Of a stretch of DNA of 64,000 nt, positions 38,958-51,519 are shown piece by piece (positions within the stretch are counted from its first letter, which is position 1; the number at the start of each line of letters is the position of its first letter). Location of the stretch: the NCBI GenBank assembly GCA_030704615.1, contig CM060732.1:51894001-51958000 (forward strand), read 5' to 3'. The position numbers were made by a program, and so were the translations under genes. The notes under the pieces are model-generated. The model saw nothing but the letters and a program-made list of their open reading frames with translations. It ran no database searches and was not told the DNA's origin. This stretch comes from Takakia lepidozioides (Eukaryota; Plantae; Bryophyta).

Positions 38958-40600
38958 TTAGAGGCTATACCCAGGTTGAGAATGAGAAGTCTCAAAGCTT
39001 GGACTGTTTGCAAGCTCCTCCACTGATGGGTATCTTGAGCTGTAGGCTGTGATATTGTGGCCAACGCGAGTGGCCTTAATCTGCGTAAGCATTGCCACAA
39101 CATCCCTCATGGTCGGGCGATCTCCTGCATTCTGCTTGGTGCATGAAAGAGCTACTTTTATGAGGTGACACATCTGCGGCCCATGTATCGGCACTATGCC
39201 CTGCAACCGCTGGTCAAGCACTCCCAAAATCCCCTCAGAAGGGACTGCTCTCACCCAGTCTACGAGATTGAGCTCTTCATCAATCACACTCGTGGGTTGT
39301 TTCCCTGTCAACATTTCCAAGAGAACGACTCCGTAGCTATAGACATCTCCGTTTGGTGAAGCGAGTGCAAAGTACGCATATTCTGGTTATCCCATCACAT
39401 CCAAGACTTACGATGTCAGGGCAATGTCCCAAAACAAATTACCTTCGGAGGCAGACACTGTAGAATCTCTACCCATACTCACACCAACAAATTATTCTAT
39501 GCCGAGCAAAAGGTGAAATGCACCCTCAAAGTCGTAATTACACAGGACAACTTAGAATAATATGAGGCATGCGTGACGGATGTTTCAACGATTCAATCAA
39601 CAACGCTTCGAGAACTGTCCAGCGCCTTACCTGGTGCAATATACCCAATAGAGCCTCTGAAGTTGGATGTCAGTGTTTGGATACTCAAGTCCGGGTTGAT
39701 GATCTTGGCATTCCAAAATCGGCAAGGTGTGCTACCAAGTCGCATCAAGGAGAATGTTGCTGGGCTTCACGTCACCGTGCACTATTTGCTCCACGCTGTA
39801 ATCGTGATGCAAATAAGCTAGTCCTTGCGCAACATCAAGTGAGATATTGAGGAGCTCCTCCCAACTCATCTGACCTGAATGCAACTGCTTTTCCAGGCTG
39901 CCATTGGGCATGAATTCAAGAACCAAGGCCTTCAAATCCGTATTTGAGCAGCAGCCCAAGATCTTCACAAGATTTCGGTGTCGCATTTTAGAAAGTGTCT
40001 CTGCCTCGACAGTAAAGCTACGGTTAGCCTCATCAAGATTTTCAAATTTCTTAACAGCAACTACTTTTCCATCGCAGAGCACACCTTTGTAGACAGTGCT
40101 GGTGCCACCAATTCCAATCACGTGACTTGTGCTGTATGCCGCTGTGGCCTCCCAAAGTCCTTTGATGTTAAATTAAGCCAGTCCTTCGCACGAAATTCGC
40201 TGAATTGTGGAGTTGCAGATGACTTAATCCGACCTCTCACACATTTGCAACAGAGAATACAAGTATTAAGTGCACAAATACAGCCACCAAGGACTAACCC
40301 AATCCTCACCCCACGTTTTCTTGGTCCCAAACTTTGTGCTTTGAGGCTTGGAGGATAAGATGGCGGGTGCCTTGGGCAAGCGTTGAGAGGATAACCGCAG
40401 AGACCTGGATTTCCTGAATAAGAAGCGGCACTAAAAGTGGCAAATTGGTTTTCCGTGGGTATTGGACCCACAAGCTCGTTATCTGAGACATCGAAACGGG
40501 TCAGCGAGGTAAGGTTGGTGATCGAATCTGGAATACGCCCCTGTAGTGAATTACTGCTCAGATCCAGAGTTTGAAGGCTGTGGAGATTACCAAACTCCTC
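38958..40600 (-). pseudogene. LRR receptor-like kinase (LRR-XII-like, non-RD), 5'-truncated
   Basis: Last LRRs, SYSGNPGLCG, TM segment, IGIGGTSTVYKG, VAVKK, HRNLVKILG, HGDVKPSNILLD, GSIGYIAP|EY split by intron 39383-39630; frameshifts near 40120 and 39740. Confidence 0.88.
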
Positions 40601-40988
40601 ACGCTTCCGCTCATTGTAACCACACTTAATTTGCTACTCTTGTCGTTCTAGTTCTTGTGCGCAGCGGAAGCGTGGTGGGCCCATAACCTATAGAGAACTA
40701 GAGAAGTATAGCAGTCAAGCATACATGAAATAGAATGTGGTATTACGATAGAAACAACAACAACACCCTTGGGGTGTACACAATGTACTTACATAGGTAA
40801 CAACTACCTGCTAACGACTATCCGCACAGAATAAGCGCCAAAGCCACATTCGAAGTTGATGTCCAGCTCATTTCCAATGTGCCACATGTCTACCATGCAC
40901 TGACTATTCAATCAAAATCTACAGTGTAATCTGTAGCTTACAAACTCTTGAAATGTCCTTTCATACATTAGATGAATGTAGAGGTTGA

Positions 40989-43900
40989 CTACTCAACAAT
41001 TGGGCCCAGCTCTATCCTGATTGATTGAATGATGATGGCACTATCATCCCTCTCCTTGCTTTTGGGCACAAGACTGACCAGGATGCTGGGCTCCTTCTCG
41101 AGCCCAAGCTGCTTCAGCTTTGAGCTGATGCCTACCTTGAAGGAATGATCACGGCTAGGAGTATGTTCTAGGGAATTTCCAATAGTCCGAGAGGGATAGA
41201 AAGCGCCTGCATATTCGGTACAGCTCAAGGGTGTATGCTCATCCGCCTGGGGCAAATTCAAAAACAAGACAAACCCTACTTGTCTACCTGATGGTATCTT
41301 TATGCCTTCAATGGCAAGGACCTCTTCTTGAAATCCTGGTTGTTTTGTGGTTTGGATGATAATGGCCACTGGCCTTGAGATGTGAGCTTGGAAAACTGCG
41401 CAAGTAAGAGTAATGTTTCTACTATGCAAAATTTCTGGTCCTCGTGTGGCGATCAAATCACAATCCTTAGTTGTTCGCTCTGTTTGCCATGAAGGGACGA
41501 TGAACCTTGCAAGCTTGGCTATGCCGCTCATGAGTTGCTCCCAAAACTCTGGAGCACAATCTGAAGACACTGAAACTGGAGCTGGCTTGGTGCTCAGAGG
41601 GGTAGAATTGAACGAGAGCCAGTCATTCTCTACCTCTTCGTACTTGTAGCGAAATTTTTCCATATCAAGAGAGTCTGCTACCTGTACAAATCAGCAAGTA
41701 TCTTCACTGTTACTTGACCGTTCCAGATTTTGCCGAAAGTTGTGAACTCGCACTTTGTAGACGTAGATGCACGTATTAACAGAATCAGAGAGGGAAGGCG
41801 AGATACGAAAACCGACCTTCACACGAACAAGATCAGCGTTTTCATCATAGAAAAGAAACTCCGAGTCGAGCCAGTCGGGGTCAGTAAGGTCGCCACGTTG
41901 ACCTCCTGGCAGGTTCTTCCAGAACTCCCACAAACGGTCCACATTGGTGTGATGTGCAAAGAAAAGGGGATCTTTTGATGACAAATAGCATGAGCCCAAG
42001 TCCTCAAACACCTCCCTCTCATCTCCTGCCCCCCACATGTACGTAGAAATCAAGTAAATCGTGGCCACTACAACCGATTGTACTATATCATCTTATTGTG
42101 TACCACCATCATTGCATTTGTGACGGCCCTCACAGGAAGAGGTTACTCTAAGGTTAGATCTGAAAATCTAGGATCTCGAAACAAATTACATGGACGCCTT
42201 CCAAGACTTACAAACAAAAACTCTCCTTACTCTTTTAGACGTTGATTGCATCTGACGCCAAAGACTCACCTCGCAAAGAGCAGAGGATTCCAGAGTACAA
42301 TCAGCAGAGATTACATGGCCTTCTATCCTCGCAACTCCACGCACATTTAGCGTAGATGTTTGTTGATGAACTCCTAAACTAGGAGCAAGGAATTCATAGA
42401 TTGTTTGCAGTAAACGACTGTAAAGAACCTGTCCAATAGTGGATGCTGCCATGAGGGTGAGCCTCGAAGAGAGCAGGGTTCCAAGCTGGGGCTTCGCCGC
42501 CGCGGAAAGGCTGCCCCAGAAACAGGAGCGGGAGGGAAGCACCGACTACGGCGGTGTAAACCACGTTTCTGTTGATCGCCCGCTGATCCTCCGGGCTGGA
42601 GGCTGCGGCCGTCGGGTCGGCGGTGCTCTCATAGGAGAGGTCGACAATGGCGGGGGGCTGATGGATCGGGCTGCGTTTCTCGTCGAACAGCCCGCCGTTT
42701 CGGCGGTCGACGTACATAGAGGGGAGCACGTTGGAGGGCGGGTGGACGTCGGCCTGGTTGTCCCACTGCCAAAAGGGCAGCGCGAAGGTGTCGTCGTCCA
42801 ACAGCGTTGCGAGTATACGCTCGTGAAAGTAGACGTACCAGCGATGGAAGGGCATCGTCAGCCAGTTGGCGTGCACATCCAACGTCTCCGTGGAGTTCAT
42901 TTGTCTGGGATTACAAGGATCCAGTGTTAGATAATTGAAAGTTACTTGATTCCAACAACTCGTGGCTGGTAGTCTAGTGGTACTAAGCTAAATGATGTAA
43001 CGTGGAGAGACGATGCATAGCTCAAATCTTCTAGAGCTGTACATACTTACCTTTGAAACTAACTCCTTCCTATTAAATTACAATCCGTTTGAAATCTGCA
43101 GTTTCAGTCCTCATTGCTAACGTGCTTACAATCGATTACGTAAAATAGGACAGGACAGGAGAATGGGGAAAAGCGTATTCCACCAACTCTGTGATGGTAG
43201 ATCGCACAAGGAGAAAACTACGAAAAGTTTGAAGCTGAGCCCCATGAAGGAAATAAAATTGTGCATGCACAACCCATATATATCGTTATTTCAAAGGTAT
43301 TGTATCACATGGACGTCCTGGTCTTGTGTAAGTAGCATCTGGATGGGTGTCACCAATCAAGTGAGACGGCACGTTCACGAGTATACAAGTTCTACTAGAC
43401 GGACATCAGACATACGAAGAAGGAAAACCCATGAGGACGAATATATTTAGACTACATGTATTTGAACCGATTCATCCTTTGAGCCAAACATTGTCAAACG
43501 AGATTTTGAGGAAAGTTGAAAATAGAATGCCACGAGGATTGGGGACCACTGAGAGATAGTGGTTCTTCCGACTTCCCCATCCTTTCCCATATGATGTACT
43601 TTGTGCTACGATTATACGAGATCAACCTGTTCAGGAGATTGCGCCAACAAGAAGATAGAAAGAGTGGGACTCAACACCTACAATTAACTATCAGGGTCGA
43701 GACGACTTGAGACGACTGCTTCAGAGAAATGCGTTGAATAAATTGAGGGAGGGCAACCACTGCCAGGGCGAAGTTTTAAAAATGCTCGCCTGTAAACTGG
43801 GGTACAGTAGGAGCAGTGCAAGTTGTACTGACGAAGGAACGATCGGGGGTCATCATCTGGAAGTGCTTTCATCAGTTCGTATGCTCGATTGAGCTTCTCT

Positions 43901-44184
43901 ATGTTCGCCTGATCCAGCTTGTGCGTGGGTCGCCTTACCCGCATAGGCAAGTCTGTGCTGAATTTGAAGTTGATTGCGGGTCTCTTGTTGGGCAGAAAGC
44001 AACAGTCTAGTGGACGATGGTTGACAAATACAGCTTGGCAGGTGGTCAAGTCTGGGCCTAGCACCGGAGCGGCATGCACAGTGTGTAGCTTCCTACTACA
44101 CCAGGCCATAGATACTAGCATAATGGCCCACAACAATTTCTGTGTGCCCAAACTACATCCTGGATGCAGTCCTTCCATACCCAT
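40989..44184 (-). CDS. PPO: Polyphenol oxidase, secreted type, 4 exons (44184-43790, 42904-42429, 42025-41817, 41681-40989), 590 aa
   Basis: CuA HCSYC...HANW..PFHRWY; CuB HPHGSIH...DPLFFAHHTNVDRLW; DWL domain; exon lengths 395+476+209+693=1773 nt stay in frame; first intron GC-AG. Confidence 0.9.
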
Positions 44185-44899
44185 AGTTGTTGCCCACCAA
44201 TCCTGAGACCAGCTAAGAAATCAGCTGGACTCTGTGACCGAGAGACTAAATGACTTGTATGGAGAACAATGCCTCAAGCGAAGGATTCTCCCTGAAACTG
44301 CAAAGCTTCGGAATAGCCCCTTCCGCACTTGTTACAACTGCTTATGATGGCTCTCTTGTAGAGACAAAATTTGCCTAGACATGCAAGTCAATGTCCAGAG
44401 AAGATGTGGTCAAAGTACCTTACACCAAGTCAAGGCGTTGATTGGTGTGTTGTGCTGAGTCATGCTCACTAGTCTGCCGAAGCTTTTCTTTTCTCTCCCT
44501 TGAGGACGACGGCCCAAAACGTATCAAACCCCAAGTGGGGCGTTCCATAGTACGTGTCAAGCCCACAGTCAGTTTTTGCAACACGTGTCAATCCCCAAAA
44601 CTCATACTTGTACTGCGGTACACAAGGTAGATTGCCCCAAACGGAACCGAGCATGTAGTAGGTATATATAGAGACGGGTGGGTCCTCCGTCAATCTGATG
44701 CCCACTTTCCAGTGTCCACGTAAATCACGTGAGGAGGCCCACATTCCATGGACATTGGTGTCACCATTCTAATCAGTCCGGCCTGCAGTGTTAGAGGGAT
44801 GAGTTCATCCAATAGATTAGTAAGTCAGTATTAGTAAGGGAACTTGATGGTTACACCAGTTATCTTGACACTTCACTCCCGACTCTTCATGTAAGTTAA

Positions 44900-45343
44900 C
44901 CCCTAAACGCCCGCATGCCTCCGTTGACTTTTTACCAAAAAACGGGGCCCGGCTAGAAAAACTAGCGTAAAAAATGAATCTTGAAAAAGTGACCGGACAT
45001 TATGAAGCCACCTACCCCAGGCAGGTCCTACCCAATTTTGGAGCAAACAGACAACTAGTGCAAAAACCCCACCGTTGCGAGGGGGGTCCATTTTTGGAAA
45101 TTTGTGCAGCCAAAAAAAACCAAAATGGAGATTTGTGGTCGGGATGGAAAAAAAATCGGCCTGCTGTACCCAAAAACGTGGTGGCCGTCCAACACAATTT
45201 AGGCAATCGATCTCGCATGGACCATCCTAATGCAGACACGCAGTGCACCCACCAAAAAAAACAAGAAAAGGCCAAAATTTGCTCTTGGCAGAACTATTTG
45301 TGTAAAAAAAACGACCAATTTTGGGCCGGCGGGCGTTTAGGGG
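44900..45343. mobile_element. piggyBac-like MITE (family 3) inserted in the copia LTR
   Basis: 15-bp TIR CCCCTAAACGCCCGC / GCGGGCGTTTAGGGG; TTAA on both sides (44896-44899, 45344-45347). Confidence 0.88.
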
Positions 45344-45649
45344 TTAAAAGATAAGCTTGACTTCCCTCGTTGTGAGGAGAGCTTATTCTATGCATATATA
45401 ATCTACAGTTACATTAGTCTCTATCTATTAATTCTATCATGGTATCAGAGCCTGGTTAGGAATTACTCATAGATTTTCTTTATCTCGTTGAAAATGGGTC
45501 CCTTTTGATAGAGCGCCCAGGAAGTCAATGATATATAAAATGAATAAAGCAGATTTTCGCGGACCATCCAACTTCTCTATATTCATAGTTTGATCAGCCA
45601 TTGCTGGGATACTGCAATATTAATCTTTGTCAATAGAATCTTAGACTTG

Positions 45650-46342
45650 CAGTGTTGTACTGGTATGTGCCAGTCGGTTGGGGTATATGCACTGGTATGA
45701 GTAAGGGTATTGTAGAACATACCAGTTGGGTATGTCTTGGGGCGTATACACTGGCTATACCCTGGACCCTGGGTTTTGAACACTGGACCTACCCCTCTAC
45801 CTACCATACCAGTTTAAGTATGAATTATTTTCATACTCGGCTTGAGACCCGTATTGAGGATTGATGAACCCAAGCTAGCATGGGTATATGTAATGATCCT
45901 CATTCACATTTGTGCAATGTAAAAAATAACACTATATCTTTGGGCTCCCATCGGTTGGCATCATTTATTTGAGCCGCTAGCATCATGTATCCCAACCACT
46001 AGTACAACATGGATCACCATAATATAACCATGTACCAAAAACATAAATTTATACAAGACATGTAAAAATAACATGAAGTTAACCTTAAAATCCATCATTT
46101 GAGTTTTTGTCATATCCATGCCTAGGACCAGGATATCCCAAAATTCGAAATACCCATACCCATCCTATAACCTACCCTGGGCAATCCTAATCTACCCCGG
46201 GCCCTACCAAGTTGGACCTACCAGAACCAGTCGGGTGGGCAGTCCTAATCTACCCCGGGCCCTACCAGTTGGACCCAACAGCCAAGTTGGACCTACCAGA
46301 ACCAGTCGGGTAAGCCAAAATGGACATACCAGTACAACATTG
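45650..46342. mobile_element. hAT-like MITE
   Basis: 19-bp TIR CA(G/A)TGTTGTACTGGTATGT with 1 mismatch; internal tandem repeats 46186-46311; no 8-bp TSD. Confidence 0.65.
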
Positions 46343-47068
46343 GTTCTAACTTCTCCACTTGGAAACTCAGAATGTTATATTTGCTTAAAAAAGAAAATTA
46401 TGGGATTTAGTGATAGGCACTGAACAGTGAAATTAAACCTACAAGTATTGTATCTCTTGGAGGAACAGTAGTCAATCCTCCTGCTATTGGACAAGGATCT
46501 ATCTCAAACTGGGATGATAGAGACAAATTTGCTCAAATGATAATTGTGGATAACGTTAAAAATTCATGTCTAGGTCATGCTACATCAAGTCCGGACATAT
46601 CCCTCCCGATCTCTCAAATCTGAAGAAATAGCCCCTTTGGCTTCTGTTATGGCATTTGAAAGAATAACATTAAAAAACTAAGCTGAAGGGTGGGGGCTTA
46701 CTACAATATGAGAGGGGCTGGTTGACGTGCTTTTTTACTTGCACTGGACCTCCTTCTTGTGTGTGATCTGCATTAGCAACGGCTAATCAGCCCTTGCTAT
46801 ACCAATTTTATGGAAAAAATAAAATAAAGGGGGATGCTTACATGTTCGGTGCAAGAGGGGCTGGTTGGCCAGCCTTCCTACTTGCCCTCCTTTCCCTCCC
46901 ATGCATGATCAGCCGTAGCACAAGAGCAATGGGCTAATCAGCCCCTCTTTTAACAAAAATTTAAACAACTAAAAAAATAAAGCTCAATGAAAGGGAGTTA
47001 CAAGCGGGTAATGGGGGCTGGTTGGCAAGTCCCTCCCTGCTTTGGGCTCCCTCCCTCTCATGCAGAAT

Positions 47069-47893
47069 TTAATGGAGACATTCAAAAAATACAAACGTTC
47101 CAAATGTCCCCACCAGGAAGGAAGGTTTCCTGACAAGCGATTCGCCGACAGATCTAACACGACCAGTTTCGTGCAGGTACTGATACACAGGGGAATAGAT
47201 CCTCCCAGGCTTACGTTCATGAGCAAAAGCACTCGTAGATTTTCAAACCCTAATATATGTAAAGGAAGCTCACCTGCCAACAAGTTGTAGGACAGGTCAA
47301 GGACGGAAAGGTTACTGCAACTCTGCAAAGCAGCGGGAAATCCGCCTTCGAACCAATTGTTTGAGAGCGATACAATAGAAAGGTTTTGAAGAGTACCCAA
47401 CACATCGGGAATTGCACCAGAAAGGAAATTGTTTGAGAAGTCCAATGTTTCCAAGGCTGTGGAGTTTCCAACGGATAAGGGGGAAGCTACCTAGCCTGTA
47501 AACGAGTTGGAGTTGAGATCTAGATATTGTAAGTTCACAAGATTTCCTATCTGGGGAGGGATGCTCCCAGATAATTCGTTACCGCTCAGGTCCAGATGTC
47601 GCATATTAGACAGGGACCCAAGCTGGGAAGAAATTGGCCCCTGGAGTTCATTTTGCTCAAGAGGAGAGCTAAGAGAGAGCTGTGTCACTTGGCTGTAGGC
47701 ATTGCAAGTAACCCCTGTCCAGTTGCAAGGAGAGCTATCAGCGGCGACCCAATCAAAGAGCTGGTCTTGGCCCCCTGTCAGCCCCTCCTTGAAGGCCAGC
47801 AAGGCCGAAATGTCTGAACCTCCGACACAAACCGGCCACAGCACACCACAACACAATAGAACCTGGCCCGCAGAATGCCCCGCTTCTGACCAT
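47069..47893 (-). pseudogene. LRR receptor-like protein, copy B, 3'-truncated
   Basis: Near-identical to 3026-3853; 5-bp insertion CTAGC at ~47491 causes a stop/frameshift; 3' part deleted. Confidence 0.88.
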
Positions 47894-48244
47894 TCCAGTT
47901 AGAAGAGTCTTCCAAATACTGTTGAGCTGTGGTATAAAAGAGTTTATGATGGGGCAGTTTTTCTTTCCTTTTCTTTTTAAATTTTACGGAAAGGGCATTT
48001 GTTGAGTTGGAATATCTGGAATTCGGTACTTGAGAGCTCAAAGGTTTTCTTTTATTGTCGGTTGTAAGTTCCCCTTGTAAGCCTCACGCCCCGTGTGGTT
48101 GTTTATTTTTCCCAGGATTTTATCAAAGCAATTGCCAGGCTTTTTGCGCCCTTTCCCCCAAGAACAAAAAAAAATGTCATCTTTTCCATGTTTGTTGCTG
48201 TTTTTTCTACACCTGGGAGCTACAGCTCACAAAGCAGGCCCCTT

Positions 48245-48420
48245 AATAGTGAGAGGCGAAAATAACCTCTTTCACTGTAACCGCGCCATGAAGGCGTATC
48301 AGGGGGACACCGCACAGGGGAGGGGGAGAAGAGAATACCACACCCGTCAAGCAGCAGGATTTGACCCCAGAATCATCTGGGTGGCACTCGGTGCACTTAA
48401 CCAACTGAGCTACTGTTGGT
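48245..48420 (-). mobile_element. tRNA-derived SINE (paralog of 5035-5210)
   Basis: Same A/B boxes and 3' tail. Confidence 0.7.
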
Positions 48421-48711
48421 TTTTTAACCATTAAGCGACCATCTAAGTTTTGGTGGGGCCACCCCCAAAATCCTATACACCCTCGTGGATGAGGGTGTAA
48501 CTCCTTACCTACAATCATCCACAAATTTGAACCTTATAAATACCTATGTAACTACCACATCCATCTACTCATAAAGTTTCAGCACATTTGACAGTTGGAA
48601 TTTGCACATTATAGCAAAAGAAAGCACCACTTTTACAAGTTCGCTCCCCAAAAATAGGGATAACTTTGGTTTGACCATACATTTGCAGTATCGGGTTGAA
48701 TTTTCATGTCA

Positions 48712-51215
48712 ATTTTTATTTTTATTTTTATTTTTAAAGAGGGATGGTGGCCTCAAAGCTTTATAGATACGCGCGTAAAAACTGCGAAATACATCCTGGG
48801 GAGAGTCAAAATGGTGGGTCTGTGGAGGAAAAAATAACCTCCTATAAGTGTCGTATAGGCGTATCGCATGGGGTAGACCCAAGTGACCGAAGGGAGGGGG
48901 GAGTAGAAATGGTGAACTAAAAGTGTGTAAGAAAGTGTGTAAGCCCTGATCTGAGAAGAAACAAGGCAGACATAGGGGGGACTGGCGTTGGACAATCTAG
49001 GTGGCAGAAACTATCACAATCATAAGACGAGGTGTTCCGCTACAATCTATCACCCAAGTCTGGGTAGTGATGTTACTGCCCTTCCTGCTCTATGCTCCAA
49101 AGTCCAACTGCACCTTTGATTTGTAAGAACTCAGTTCTGGTGTCTCCAATTCATATCCGGTGCTTCAGAGTCAGCTGGCCATTTGCCAAGCCCTGGGGAT
49201 GTTGTCATTCCAAATGACTCTAGTGTCAGAGATCCTAGTGCAGATGATGTTGTCTTTAGCCCAGGTGATGTCAAAGTCCGAGAACAGTTGTTGCCTCCTC
49301 CCTTCATTACACCTGCTGGAAGCTGAAAGCAATATCCGCCAAGCCTTATGTCCCTTAGTCACCAAATCTGCATAGATTTTGCAGAGAGTCGCTATGATGT
49401 TTGGCTTCTTTCCCTCAAAAATCATTTTGCATCTATCTTTCCAAATGGCCCAGAGAGAGTAAGCTCTCAAATTAGCCCATATTGAACATGCGTTCCATAA
49501 GGCCCCATTCTGCAGATTGAGAAGCAGCAGGTTGTCCAAGATGGGTGGCAGATCCATCCAAGTGGAGTAGAAAGAATTGATGAAATTCCACACCCTTGAG
49601 GCGGTCTGACAATGTAGCAAGCAGTGCTCATGGGACTCATGATGCCCTTGATGGCATGAAACACAGATCGGGCTCAGGGCAGGGATGAAGCTTGCCACTA
49701 GCAGAATCCTATTTGCTATTCTCCAAAAGAAGGCACTCATTTTGGAGGCTTTGTGCTTGGCCTAGATATCTTTCCAGATCCTCTTCCATCCCTGGTTGTT
49801 GAGATTTATATTCCATTTGGCGGCAAAGCAAGAGTCTCCCAATAAGAGCTTATAACCAAATTTTACTTTATAGCCTAGAAATGGGGTTTTCTTCGCATCT
49901 TTCCATGTCCATTCACTAGGGTCCAGTTGCAGTCTGCTGAGAGGGGAGCGAAAGAACCAGAGGAGGGAGATATTTTTGGCCCAACAGATCTCATTGCCAG
50001 GAGGGGGTTTGGGATCTGGCGAGCCGGAAGCTATATCTATCACTGTGATCCTGAACGCTTCTACACAGGGTAGGTCTCCTGCACCAACAAATTCAAGGCT
50101 GCCCTCTGGTGATGCTTTGAAAGCAAGGCCCAGCCAAATAGAGCCCTCTTTTTCCAATGCCAGGATGGCTGTGAAGGCTTGGCTAGAAAAAACACCCAGC
50201 CAGCATGGCAGGCTGCTTTCAGTAGTATCTCCTCCCTGAAGCAGGGTAGCAACTGATGAGATCCATTGCTTGATAAGATCCCAGCCGTTGCGGATGGAAG
50301 AGGCTGTGAGGAGCGAGGAGAGGATGGGTGATGCAATGGAGTCTCCTTGCTCCCATACATTTGCTACATGGAAGAGCCCCTTAAATTCCTATGTAGCCCA
50401 TTTCTTGCTAAAGGAAGTCAATTCAGCATTGTTCAAGATAGGGTTTCCGAACAATGGCTGACGAATAGCTTCCTCAAAGCAGGCAGGCCTCTTTTGAGAC
50501 AAGAATGGCTTCACTGCTATCCAAGCAGCTCAGATGGAGTTCCAAGAAGAGGATCCCTTACCCTTGTTTTTAGGTGGGCCAGCCATTTGAGTGAAGGTGC
50601 CTAGGCCCCTGAATTTGTAGAGAAGGTCCTTACCATGTGGGAACGCATCAGAGCACACCAGGGGCTACCACCATGAACTAGAGACCTGGGAATCCATTTA
50701 GCCAGGAGGGCGGTTATCTTAGTGGAAGGATCAATTAATCCCAGCCCCCCTTCTTTATTGGGTCTGCAGTGTTGACTCCAGGAAACCAGCGCTCGCTTAG
50801 TGGGAGCTTGGGGGTTGGCTCCCCAAAGAAAATTGCACATCAGAGCCTTAATTCTGCTTATGTATTTGCTTTCGGGGGACCAGACCGAGGTAAAATACCA
50901 GACTGATGCCAACAGGACTTGATTAAGCACTAGAGCTCTCCCTGCCAGAGATAGCATGCTTGAGCTCCAGAAAGCCAATTTATTACGGAGCTTTGAGAGA
51001 ACAGGTTCAAATCTCTGCTCGTCTGTGAGACCAATGACCACAGGGAACCCAAGGAGAATATGGGCTGAGCCTGGTTGAAGCCAGTTGAGTCCAATATCTT
51101 GCCCCCATGGGGGCCCATGACACTTGGAAGCATGGGGTGGCAGTTCAGTCAGAAGCCCTACAGATTTATTCCAATTGACCTTAAGACCTGAGGCTAAGCA
51201 AAAAAGCTGCAGGGC
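48712..51215 (-). mobile_element. L1 LINE 3' part (paralog of 6805-9099)
   Basis: Near-identical ORF2 C-terminal region; keeps ~50388-50570 that is missing in A; truncated at 51215. Confidence 0.92.
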
Positions 51216-51320
51216 ACCGTCTGAACAACTCTCTCTGCCAAGCCATCGGCCTCAGGATGATCCCGAGAAGTGGTGCGGTGATCTATCAAGGCTTTATCAC
51301 ACAAAGCCTGAAACTTCCCC
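51216..51320 (-). mobile_element. LTR-retrotransposon integrase core fragment (Ty3/gypsy type)
   Basis: Manual minus-strand translation GKFQALCDKALIDHRTTSRDHPEADGLAERVVQT fits the HPxxDGxAER catalytic-Glu motif. Confidence 0.8.
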
Positions 51321-51519
51321 AACCTCATCCATCACCGCCGCCTTGGATGCCAACTCCCACTGAACCTCGAGCATCTCCCACGTGTGCCATGGATGTCTGC
51401 ACCCCGTGGTCCTCACATGCTCGCCCCCACTCACTGCCTGTACCGTCTCGGTAGGCAGAGAGACCATCGAGGGAAGTATACTCCGCACTCTGCGCTGCTG
51501 CCATAGCCAAGTTGATAAT

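Larger units (their letters stand above)
44789..46589 (+). mobile_element. Ty1/copia 5' fragment: LTR 44789-45439, PBS 45440-45451, gag remnant ~46395-46589
   Basis: TGTTAGA...TCTATCA LTR ends followed by TGGTATCAGAGC (tRNA-iMet PBS); WDLVIG / WDDRDKFAQMIIV gag-like remnant. Confidence 0.75.
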
